Below are positions 1 to 11,854 of a stretch of 64,000 bases of DNA, one piece after another. The stretch comes from Azolla caroliniana (lineage: Eukaryota; Plantae; Polypodiophyta), in NCBI GenBank assembly GCA_043228905.1, contig JBHGNT010000007.1, positions 7,130,001 through 7,194,000 of the forward strand, read 5' to 3'. The number at the start of each line of letters is the position of its first letter. Position 1 is the first letter of the stretch. Made by a program: the position numbers and the translations under genes. The notes under the pieces were generated by a model. It was not told the DNA's origin. It worked only from the letters and a program-made list of their open reading frames with translations, and searched no databases.

Positions 1-669
1 AAATGTGAGTTGACAACACCCATGTTTGGAGTGTATTCGTCTGGTAAACATTCCAAATGGAGCCCTAGTTATGTAGGGAATCGAGCACACAACACACATG
101 ATCTGTGTGTGTGTGTGTGGGTGTGGGTGTCTTTGTCGTTGTCTCTCTAATATGGCAAGGTGAACCCTTTCAAGTGTTGTAATACTAGATGAAATTACTC
201 TACCTCATATTGGGATAATGTCCCAATGCAACATAGTTGCAAAAATTGCTAAATGAACTTCCCTTTCATCCTACGGAGTTGTTGTGTTATCGCAATAAGT
301 CCATCAAATAATAACCCATATCTCATGGTTCAATTAACCCCCCCCAATACTTAAGGTAGTCAAACACGACTTGATATGATGGCACATGTATAGCTTTATC
401 ATCATCAATGAAAACCCACTTCAAAGGTGACAAAATACTTCAGGTTATTGATGCCCAAATTTGTGCGATAACCAACCAAATGACATTCACAAATGGGCAT
501 GTAATGAACCTATATTTGGCATCTTCATCAACCACTGTATTACTAAATTTCGAAGATCTCTCTCTCTCTCTCTTCTCTCTCTCTACCTTGAAACCCTTTG
601 CCCCTCCCCCCTCTCCTTTTTTAGAAACTTGAATGGAAATAAAACTAGCCGCAACACATAGTCATTTAC

Positions 670-1112
670 TGTGAAAGATTATGTGCGGAAGCAATATAGG
701 AAACTGAACAACAGAAAACACAGGTTTAATGGAAAGCTTAGGTTTGCACAGTATGCACTTGAGAGAAAGAGAGAGAGAGAAAGACAATTCAAAAAACTAA
801 CACTTTGTACATACATCGTGCTCAGTGAGCACCTTTTATACACACCCTGACAATGGGTTGACACAAGTACTGACAGTACTTGACTGCTCATAAATGAGCC
901 TTGACTCTTACTCCCAAAACTATTCCTTACGAGGAATATCTCTCTAACGGCCTTTCGGTTTACGCATCGATACGACCTTCCTATGCACCGGTCTGCGTAC
1001 CAGTTTACGCATCCATTTTACGCACCGGTCCGGCCTAGCCGATCCGGTCCCAACCGATCTGGTCCTCGGCTTGCTCAACTGATCCGGCCGATGTTGAGCT
1101 TGTCTTTCAACA
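670..1112 (-). repeat. 3' LTR of copia A
   Basis: TGTGAAAG...TTTCAACA, adjacent to the PPT; first 171 bp repeated at 5904-6074 with about 9 mismatches by eye. Confidence 0.93.
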
Positions 1113-1297
1113 CTCCCCTCAAGCTCAACTTGAGGCTCTTTGGGATCTTCCTGATCACCGCTCCAGTTCCTCCTGGCTCCACGCCTCGCTCGCGCTCCTC
1201 GGCCTATTCGAGTTTGCGCGCTTCGACCCTTTCGGTCGGCTTGTCTGCTCCCACGGCCCTTCACAGCTCCCTTGCTATCACGATGTTGGCGCATCTC

Positions 1298-4200
1298 CTA
1301 CTGCCTTCTTCTCCGCTTGGCCCTTGGTTGATTCAGTGTATCCGAATCAAACATCCGAACCGACTCGGCTACCTCCGATCGATTTTCGCTCTCGTCCGAG
1401 TTGGCTGTCTCCAACTCGTCTTCGGTCTTCTTGCGCTTGACGACGTCATCTCCCCCATGCTTGGTTGGCTTCGGCTCATCCGTTCGGTTGCTCCCCTTAT
1501 GTCCGCTTTTGAACTCTGATCCACCCTCTGCTTTTTCAGGCGATCCGAAGTCGAATTCGTCATCCGACCCGGCGTCACGGACTTTTCCGCTCCCTTCCTG
1601 CTCCCTTGCTTGGTCTTTCGAGACTGTTCTCCCCCTCAAGTTTGGCACGTCGAGGTGACGCAACCCAAGCGTACCCGAGAACTGCCGCAACTTGTCTAGA
1701 CCAAGGGGCTTGGTGAAGATGTCGGCGGCTTGCTGATCCGTCGGAACATACTGAAGTTCGACTTCACCAGAAAGGACACGCTCACGGACAAAATGGTAGT
1801 GCACCTCAATGTGCTTGGTCCGTGCATGGAAAACAGGGTTCTCCGCGAGCTGGATGTTGCTAAGGTTGTCGCAGTGGATCGTCGTCGGATTGGACACCTC
1901 CTCTTGCAGGTCCTTAAGTAGCTGCTTCAACCATATGGCTTCGCATGTCGCGACAGCCGCTCCTCGGTACTTAGCTTCGGTGCTCGACAGTGCAACTGTC
2001 GGCTGCTTCTTACTGCTCCACGCTATCGCGGCACTCCCAAGAGAGAACGCGTATCCGGACGTGGATCGGCGATCGACGGCGTTGCCAGTCCAATCAGCAT
2101 CGATGTAGCTGACCAACTGCGAGGTTGTACCGGTCCGATATAGTAGTCCCTGGTCCTTAGTGCCACTTACGTACTGGAGTACACGTTGTGCGCACTGAAG
2201 GTGTTCCTTGGTCGGTCGCACCATGAATTGACTAACCACCCCGACCGAGTAGCTGAGATCTGATCGGGTGATGGTCAAGTATATAAGGTTGTCGACTATC
2301 TGTCGGAACCTCGTCGGGTCGCATACCTGTCCGGGCTCGGGGCGAAGCTTGACGGTTCTATCCAGAGGAGTTGAGACGGACTTATAGTCTGCCATCTTGA
2401 ATTTGAAGAGCATATTTAGCGCGTAAGGACGTTGGCTAATCAATATGCCTTCGGGGGTGCGGATCACTTCGATCCCAAGGAAGTAATGAAGGTCCCCCAG
2501 ATCCTTCATGTCGAATGATGTTGCGAGCTGGGGCTTCACGCGGTCGATTTCACCTAGGTCGGCGCCGGTGATGACCAAGTCATCAACATATAGTAAAATA
2601 CTGACCGGACCGAGTCGACATTTCCAGATAAACAAAGAAGAGTCCGATTTTGACGTTCCAAAGCCCATCCGACGCAGTTGCTGCGTGATCTTCGCGTTCC
2701 AGGCACGCAGGGCTTGCTTCAGTCCGTAAAGGGACGCCTTCAATCGGCACACTGCCGACGTGTTCGTTCTAGAGTGAAATCCAGGGGGCTGTACCATGTA
2801 CACCTGTTCCTCAAGCTCACCTTGCAGGAACGCATTCTTTACATCCATCTGATGTAAGTGCCACCCCTTTGCCACAACTATCGCGAGCAAAACACGGACG
2901 ATTGTCATCTTCGCGACCGACGCAAATGTCTCATCGTAGTCGATGCCGTGTTTCTGCGCATAGCCTTTTGCCACTAACTGAGCCTTGTATCGGTTGACCG
3001 AGTTGTCGGTGTTGTACCTGATCTTGTACACCCACCTACATCCAATCGGCTTCACACCCTTCGGTGTGTCAACCAGGTCCCAGGTCTCGTTTTCCGCCAA
3101 TGCGCGCATCTCTTCCTCCATCGCAGCGCGCCAATTCGCGCCCTTAACCGCTTCTGTGTAGCTCTCCTGCTCACGCACTTCCGCTACACGGGTCATGTAC
3201 GCATAATGAAGCGCCATGTACTCGTTGTATCCGAACCGCACAACTGGGTTCTTCTGGTGGGTAGATCGACGTAATCTGTCATTAGCCGATGTCGAGGTCT
3301 TCTCGGCCGACGCGGACTTTGCTCTTGAAGACTCGTCACCACTTCCCTCGGAGTCGGACTCGCGTTTGTCTGACTCATTTCTATCCGTGCCGGAATCCGA
3401 CACCTTCTTCTTCCCTTTCTCTTTGCGCGTAAGCCGTCTCCTCGGCTTCCTGCGCGGGGAATGCACAGCCGAGTCTCCATTACTCCCTGGCTCTTCATCA
3501 AACTGGTCGAACTGACTTAGTCGTCCATTCGGTCCACTTAACCGAAACGAAATCGGACTCTCTTCGCGGGTCCCGATTTCAGGCTCATTCGGAGGCATCT
3601 CAGCCTCGCTGACCTCATTATCAGAGCTCGGATTGGAGTTGAGATCCGGAGTCGGAGGCAAGTACCAGGACGCGGACTCATCAAACACAACGTCGCGGCT
3701 CACGCGCGCTTGTTTGGTGCGCGGGTTACAACACTTATAACCCTTTTGCTCGTCCGAGTAACCGACCAAGATACATTTCTCGACCTTCGCGTCCAGCTTC
3801 CTCCGTTTCTCCTTCGGCACATGCACATATGCAATATTACCAAAAACTCGTAAGTGTCGCAGGTTCGGCTTCGTTCCGAAGTATAGCTTGTGCGCCGACA
3901 CTTTTTCTCCGATCCAATTCTAAATGTATATCGTGGTCCTTACCGCCTCGGCCTAGTAGAACTTGGGCAAGCTCTTCTCCTCCAGCATTGCCCGTGCCGC
4001 TTCCACAACCGACCGATTTTTCCTCTCGGCCACGCCGTTTTGCTTCGGTGTGTATCTACAACTGAATTTGCCCCGAATTCCCATCTGTTGTAGATAACCG
4101 TTGAATTGATTGGAAAAGTATTCTTTTCCGCCATCTGACCGCAGGCACCTGATCTTTCTTCCTGTTTCCGTTTCCATGAACCCTTTGAGGTCCCGGAAAC

Positions 4201-5822
4201 AGTCGAAGCCTTTGCTCTTCCTCTCAATGAGGTAGATCCACGTGTGCCGCGTTTAGTCGTCGATGAAGGAGATGAAATATCGGCTCCCGCCAAGACTAAC
4301 GTTTTGTGCCGGCCCCCACACATCCGAGTGTATCAAGTCGAGCTTGTTCTGGCTCCGGTTACGCTCGTTGGGGAAAGGAAGTCGGTGTTGCTTCCCAAGC
4401 TGGCAGGCTTCACAAATTTGTGCCTTCCGGCCACTAAATTTGGGCAATCCGAACACCACTTGTTTCAATTGCAGGTCTTGAAGCCGTTGGTAGTTGACGT
4501 GGCCTATCCGCTTGTGCCATAAGTTGATGTTCGACTCGACTTTTTGTCCCTTTGCGAACATTGCGGTGCCACCGTCAATAGAGTCGAGGATGAACATCCT
4601 CCCATCTCTACGCCCTTGCGCAATAACACGGCCTTCTTCCTCAATGAAGCACCCGAGGTGTGTAAACCGAACCTCCATCCCTTGGTCGACGGCCTGTCCG
4701 ACTGACACCAAGTTCTTCTTCATTGTCGGGACGTGTAGCACGTTCATGAGTTTCCCTTTCTGCCCGACATGGCTCAGGGGAACTTCATCGACATTCGCGA
4801 TCGGATGCGGAGTGTCGTCTCCGGTTGCGACTACTCCTGGTTGCATTGGTTTTTCTAGGTACGAGAACCACTCCTTATGGCTCGTCATGTGATTTGACGC
4901 TCCGGAGTCGACGTACCACACCTTGTCCGATTTTGGGGTGGTCTGCTTCATTGAGTTTACTTTGTGTCTCGTCACGAAGACTGACCCTTTTCCAGCACTC
5001 GCTCTCCCTGTGGCCTTTCTTGCCACAATACCAGCATTCCGCGGCGGATTTCCCTTGCCGGTTCTCGTTGCCTCGACTCCCCCTGTTTCCGGAGGGTCTG
5101 GAATTGCTGTCGGCATCACTTCGGTGCCTTCTTCCTTGATCTCGTCGGTCGCCTCCATTGCGTACCGACTCGCCTCGTCCACCACGACCACAGGGCCTAT
5201 CTCCCTCCGTGTACATCATCTTGCTGTCGGCATGCGTGCTTGTCGACGCACCCGCATGGTTCTCCTCTATAAGGAGTATCGACTGTAAGTCGAAAAACGA
5301 CGGCGTATTCTCCCGTGTACACACAGCAGTTCAGAACGCTCCGAACTTTGACGTCAAACCCCCAAGACAGACCTGGACCATCTCGCTTTCCTCAATGTTC
5401 ACATCGATGGAAGCTAAGGAGTCGCAGATGTCCTTGATCTTTGAGGTATAGTCAGCCATCGACAAATCGCGTTGTCGTAGGTTGCTCAACTCCTGTCGGA
5501 GCTGAAGCTTCTTGGCTGTGGTGCTCACGGCGAAGATCTTCTTCAGATTTTCCCACGCACCCTTCGGCGTTTTTGCATCCTGAATGTAGCTTAATAGCTG
5601 TTCGCCCACACAAGACGCGAAATAGTACAACACTCTGCTCGCCAATTGTTCCCACGTAGGGAAGTCTTTGTGTGTCGATTCGGGTGCCGCGTCATTCACT
5701 TCTTCGACATAGCTCCAGTAACTGTGCCTAAGCAGGTACTGCTGCATCTTGTAGGACCAAGATGCGTAGTTGGTTCTGTCGAGCTTCTCTGTCGGAAGCG
5801 AGCTAGCCATTCCTTTGTCCAT
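1298..5822 (-). pseudogene. copia gag-pol polyprotein, disrupted by stops, frameshifts and a deletion
   Basis: Gag KLDRTNYASW, protease WYVDSGASNHM, INT zinc CEACQLGKQHR and QNGVAERKNR, RT QMDVKNAFL and YVDDL, RNase H ADIFTKPL. Confidence 0.95.
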
Positions 5823-5891
5823 CGGTTTTCTTGTTCTTCTTCGTTGGTTTTCCTTTAAGCAAAGTCGGTCGCAGAGGTTCTCAACCCTCGC

Positions 5892-5903
5892 GCTCTGATA
5901 CCA
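5892..5903 (-). promoter_or_regulatory. primer binding site, tRNA-iMet
   Basis: GCTCTGATACCA is the rc of TGGTATCAGAGC, directly abutting the LTR. Confidence 0.92.
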
Positions 5904-6999
5904 TGTGAAAGATTATGTGCGGAAGCAATATAGGAAACCGAACAACAGAAAACGCAGGTTTAATGGAAAGCTTAGGTTTGCACAATATGCACGGGAGAGA
6001 CAGAGAGAGAGAGAAAGACAATTAAAAAAACTAACACTCTATACATACATCGTGCTCAGTGAGCACCTTTTATATTTACTTTATAGAACATGTTACACCT
6101 CAGCACACATTCGTTCCACGCTAAAACTCATTTATTTATGTTTATTTTTATTTTATTTTCGACGATTGGGTACTGATACCGTTATTGTAATCATTTGTCT
6201 CATGGGCCAAATTTGGACATAGAATACGTTAACATAACTTGCTTTCTTTAGTAAACACACAATTATATTAATAAATGTGTGTGAAAAACATAACATTGGT
6301 ACCACAACTAGTTAGTGTCATCACTACATAGGTAATGGAACATATTGAATTGCCAATAAGCAAGATGATCACTCCACCAAGGAAAGAATTTTAACTTGCT
6401 CCAATAAACAAATTTGCCACATCGTTACTCCTTCAACTTTTGTTAAGATGCTCTACCTCCACATGTACTTTCAAATACAAAAGCATTGCCATCCCCAATA
6501 TCTTAAAGATAGAAAAGCAATCTGTATCTTTGCTTCTAGGTTTAATCTTGTAATTGAACAAACACATGTTGTCTTAGTGTAAAATAACAATGTGATAAAA
6601 CTTGCCAATTTACCTTGAATCTAATGGGAAATTGAGTATTGAATGAAATGCCAAATACCATATTTGACTTGAAGTTTGAACTATGCAAAAGAAACAATAT
6701 ATTGTTGCTAGTCTATGTCTCTTTAGAGATAATCCCAAATGCAAACCTCCAATCAATATTCTGCCGATGGAGATCTTTGTTGGAAGTGGAAATTTAGAAT
6801 GTCAACTACGTTTCAAGGTCTGGTACCATCCATAATCGAAGCTTACTTACCTTCCATTTTTGTCCAGTTGTTGACGGTAGCCATCAAAGAGGTAGATTCA
6901 ACGGAGCGACAATATGAGAGATTAGCAGTAACTTGTAAAAACGATGTCTAACCTTGTAAATGTCACTCAATCGGTGGTTGCACTTTATTATGTACAAGG

Positions 7000-9996
7000 A
7001 AAATGCACTGCATCGACGTTATATTCCGTGGTTGTTGCCAAGTAAACATATGATTAGGTGAGATGCATAATAACGTAAAAATTGGAACAATATCTCCATC
7101 TCATCATTTGAACCATTTTGAACATATTGCGAAAAAACCCATTATTGAGGTCTCAAACAACAACAGGTTAAAACTTGCCAAATGTTCGATAAGTACTTCC
7201 AAATAGTACACGCTATAGGACATTTAATGAACCTATATGTACTATCCTCCAATGGAATGGTGCAAAAGAAACAAGCGTTAGACCCTAGTCCTCGTCTCTT
7301 TAAGGCCAAACCTAATGGGAGCCCACAAATCATGACTCTCCATATGAATACCTTTGCACGAAATGGTAGATGGGAATGCCAACCACGTTGTAATATTTTC
7401 CACCACCTTGCATCTGACTTACATACATTCCACAACTTCATGCTTTAGGAGATAACCAAGATATTCGTAGTGACTTGTAACAAGCATGTACCATCTTGTA
7501 ACCACCAATCCACCCAAGGTGCAAATTTTGTTTTCAAAGGTAAAGATCCTTGCAACAATGGTATATCTTGTAATTTCTCCCAAATAAATCCATAATTTGG
7601 GAAATACATAACCATCGCTTAACATCTTCAAATTCCGACAACCTTTGAGATTCATTATCAACCACATCTTCCAAATGTACAATCCCCAATCGAAATAAAC
7701 AATTGAATTGAGATCTCAACTTCTCTTTCCCATGCCAAAATAACACTCGAGAAGAAACAAGCAATTCATTTTGTAACGAATTACAATATTCTTGATCACT
7801 TGATGGCACCCATTCAAAAAGAGATAATGCATCTTGCCACAATCTTACCAAATGTTTTCCACATACAGAATGTCGAATCTTTAGAGTAATACTTTCATTG
7901 AGTAATGACCATGAGGATGCTTGAATCTTTGTTTTCCCGTGCACCAATCCTTCATGCTCAATAAAATATTGCATCATAGATATCCATGGTTGATCTTGTT
8001 GACATATATCTCGTAATAATGCAAATCTACACGCCATGAAATGCATTTCCAAATCCAATATTGGTGTAACACCTATTAACCTTTTAGGAGTAGCCAAATG
8101 GTCCCATGAAATCCATGTAACTCCAATCATTTCTCCCTTCCGCCACAACATGAACCGAATAGGTTGTAACATGTCTTCTAATGCCTTCTTAGTCCAAGGT
8201 AGTAAAGGCAAAAATATAATAACATGGTTATCAAGATACATTGCACCACTTTGAGTCATACATGAAAGGCCCATAATTGAGACTTCCAATACATAAATTT
8301 GTCCTTCAATTTACTACCAATCCAATCAATCAATTGGACATTTGTAACATCAACACCCAATGGATAACCCAAATGTCGATAAATTGATCCTTGTGTAACC
8401 ATTGACCCTTGCCATCCCAAACATTCCAAATCACTCTCCGTACAAGAATAAGGCGAGACTTCCTCCAATTTATATACAACCTTGAAGCCAAAGCAAATTG
8501 ATCCCAAACTTGCATACTCCTTTTAAGATTTTCTTTTGAGGCTTGTAAAAACATAAAAGAATCATCGACCAATGCTTGTGCCACCAATTGTCCACTAGAA
8601 GGAAGATGCAAACCCACAATATCACCACTAGCCGTAAGATTTGACAACATTACCAACAAAGGATGTGTAACAATAGCAAATAACAATGAGCTTAGTGGAC
8701 ATCCTTGCCGCATGGATCTAGTAAGAAACACTTTCGGAGTAACTCCGCCATTAAGCATCACACGAAAGGTTGCATTTTGCCCTAGCAAAAAGATAAGTCA
8801 ACACATACGAGGACCAAACCCCATATTATACATCACAGCTGAGAGGAAAGACCAATTAACATTATCATAAGCTTTTTCCAAATCTAATTGCACCATAACC
8901 ATTTCTTGATGTGTATGTCGAGCATAATCGGTAGCCATTTGAACATTCAAAACATTATGCAATTATATATTTCTACCTGTGATAAAACCATATTGAGATG
9001 GATGAATAAGTTGAGGTAAGAACTTCTAAAGTCTGTTGGATAATATCTTTGCAAACGCTTTGTACAACCCTCCCATCAATGAAATAGGCCTCCATTGATG
9101 AAATGACTCCGGAGATAGTACCTTTGGTATCAATTTGATTAAGCCCACCTTCTAGCTCTCAGGCATGAAACCAGAATCCCAACATTGTTGAAACATTTGT
9201 GTGAATGGACTCTTAAGCATTCCAACATACTTCTTAAAAACTTCATTTGTAACACCATCCCAACCAAGCCTTTTGCCATTTGGAAGGTGTAACAATACCT
9301 TTTCCACCTTAGCTTCTTCAAAATCAACATCCAATTCTTGATAAATATTTGTATTCACGACACTCCCAATTACATTATAAAACTCTTGTCGTGATTTCAA
9401 CACACCCTCAATAATAATCAACTCTGGCTTAATCAAATTCTTAAAATGAATAATACACAACTCAATAACCTTGATTGGGTCTACAACAATGTCATTCCCT
9501 ATCTTAATTTGTATCACCTTTGAACAAGCATATGGTGGTCTTAATCCTTGAAAAAACATATGAGATTGTGATTGATTATCTATAAATCCCTCCTTTAATT
9601 GACGTAGTCTTGTTTGTTGATAACATTGACAAGACAAATTCTTCACAATGTCCTGTACTTGAACTTGAATATCCAAAAGATCTTTATCATGCGGATTATT
9701 CATCAATAGTACATTGCATCGTGTAAGAATATATGAAAACTTATCAATCAATTTCTTACATATTTTAGCATTAGTCATACCATACATACGATGAATATCA
9801 TTGATATTTTGTGGTGTTGTATCCCATGCATGTCATCCTTTTGAAATAACTCGTTTTGAAAACATGCCAAAAATTTGTTGCATATAGGCATCAAATAACT
9901 CGATCAAGCAAATGTTTTGTACATATCTACCCCATGTTTATTAAACTCAAAAAATATGGGAAAATGATTTGGTGTCACAACCTCTTTCATAATTGA
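7000..9996 (-). mobile_element. L1-clade LINE ORF2 remnant (EN C-terminus, RT, zf-RVT)
   Basis: NHFPIF (EN end, ~9955-9975), GWDGVTNE, RQGCPLSSLLF, LVDDS, YRHLGYPL and zf-RVT KVFIWR..CFFC..ED..C. Many stops and frameshifts; cut by the LTR at 9997. Left boundary approximate. Confidence 0.88.
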
Positions 9997-10445
9997 TGTT
10001 GAGAATCAAGCTCAACATAGTGCAATGTGTAAACACACCTTTTGAGAATCTATGATTACTCAAAGGTCAAGAGTCACACCACTACTCTCTACACATTAAC
10101 TATGTGTCATAGAATTATATTCTATGACACATAACTAATGAGTTACATATTCCCCATGACTATGAGTCTTCACATTCCCCAAGAGAGAGTGATTATTGTA
10201 GTTAGTTAATGAAGAAAGAGGGTGACTATATATAAAGCACCCTCATACTTTATATTAAGTCGGTTGTGACTCCTTGTAATGTTACATTTTTGTATTTGCT
10301 ATTCTACTTGTGAATATACACCTTCTTCTTGAGTATTACTTTTTCTATTTATCTTGTGTTCTCTCTTCTCTCCTCTAATTCCTCTAACACATACACATAA
10401 CACACATCTCTTCCGTTGCACAAGAATTGATTCCGATTCTTTACA
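9997..10445 (+). repeat. copia 5' LTR (family related to the LTR at 32254-32641)
   Basis: TGTTGAG...TTTACA followed immediately by PBS TGGTATCAGAGC (10446-10457). Confidence 0.9.
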
Positions 10446-10599
10446 TGGTATCAGAGCAGTTTGGTAGCTCGATCTAGCCCATCCGCGTGTGTTGTGTTCT
10501 ACACCGATGTTCGAGAAGAACCGGTCCATCACCATCGTAGTGTGACTACATAGCTCGTATTCGAGAGAGAAGGAAAAGAAAAGAAGGAAGAAATCTTCA

Positions 10600-11622
10600 T
10601 TGACAATGAATACTCAAATGGGGTGCGCTCTCCCTAGAGAGAAGCTAGATCGAAACAACTTTTCATCTTGGGAGTACAAGATGCACCAATACCTTGTTGG
10701 CCAAGGCTATTGGAATTACATCAAAGGAGCACAAGAAAACCAACCCGACCCGAAAGATGCCGACTATGCAACATGGGAGCAAGCGGAAAGCCGAGTGATG
10801 TATTGCTTGGCGACATGTGTTCACGACCACATGCTCAGGTACATTTGAGAAGCCGAGACGCCAAAGGAAGCATGGGAGAATCTATGAAAGATTTTCACCA
10901 CAAACACAACCGCAAGAAAGTTTCAACTCCGCCAAGAGTTGAACAACATCCAACAAAGGGATATGTCCATGACAAGCTACACCTTGAAGATCAAGGAGCT
11001 TTGCGATTCGCTGGGCTCAATAAGTGTCAATGTGGACAATGATGAGATGGTGCAAATATGCCTCGGCGGACTTGCACCATGGTTCGGCGAGATGAGGACC
11101 ACTGTATTAGCACGGGAGAATCCACCCTCCTTCTTTGATCTTCAATCCATATTGTTGGTCGAAGAAAACCATGTTCGAACAAGGAGCAACGCCTCGAAAG
11201 GCCACATGCTCTACACGCATTCGAACGGAGCAAGAGGACGCGACCGAGTAAGAGGCCGATTTGGCCAAGGACAAGGAGGACGAGGTTCGACTTACGAAAA
11301 CAACTCGCCATTTCGACATCAAGACGGAAGCCATCAAGGAACCTTCAGAAGAAGGGGGAGCTTCCATTCTGGTCCGAGAAGACAAAACTCGGTCGAATAC
11401 GAATATTATGCAAAAATTAGTCACCACGAAGAAGAGTGCCGTAAGAAGATATGCGAGTCGGCTTCCACTAGCCGATAACTCACCAATTATGCCACCAACT
11501 TTGACTATGATGATCGTGGCGGAATTTTCCTGATGAGACATAGAGCAAATTCTATGTCGGCTTCTACTTCGAATAGCACATCTAGTCCAGAAGACATATG
11601 GTTCGTTGACTCTGGAGCCTCG
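10600..11622 (+). pseudogene. copia gag and start of protease, truncated
   Basis: KLDRNNFSSWEYKM, degenerate zinc knuckle, WFVDSGAS at ~11598-11620, after which homology stops abruptly. Confidence 0.88.
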
Positions 11623-11854
11623 ACGTATCAAATACGAGTGTATAATGGCCGTATTCACACTGTCCCCTTGGACAACCCAAGTTTGGGCTATTTCTGTAAA
11701 TAGCACAAAGGGCAGTTGCCCTAGGACAATCACTATATAAAGTGACTTTGTAACCCGTTAGTGGTTGCCGTTTTTGTAATTCTTGTAGTTGTTGCTATTG
11801 AGAAATAAAATACTATTTCTTTGTGCCTCTCTCTCTCTCTCTATGTGTGTGTGA

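Larger units (their letters stand above)
670..6074 (-). mobile_element. Ty1/copia LTR retrotransposon (copia A), decayed, 5' LTR truncated
   Basis: 3' LTR 670-1112 (TG..CA), PPT 1113-1120, PBS rc TGGTATCAGAGC 5892-5903, partial 5' LTR 5904-6074 matching 670-840. Domain order gag-PR-INT-RT-RH on the minus strand. TTTAC flanks both ends (665-669, 6075-6079). Confidence 0.95.

Noticed and set aside
1-669. Short ORFs and (GT)n/(CT)n tracts at the window start
   Set aside because: No recognisable motifs; cannot assign beyond simple microsatellites.
983-1519. Hydrophobic 178-aa plus-strand ORF (also 16824-17501) as an env-like or antisense gene
   Set aside because: It is the antisense of a purine-rich tail, starts inside the LTR and is not kept in the same frame between copies.
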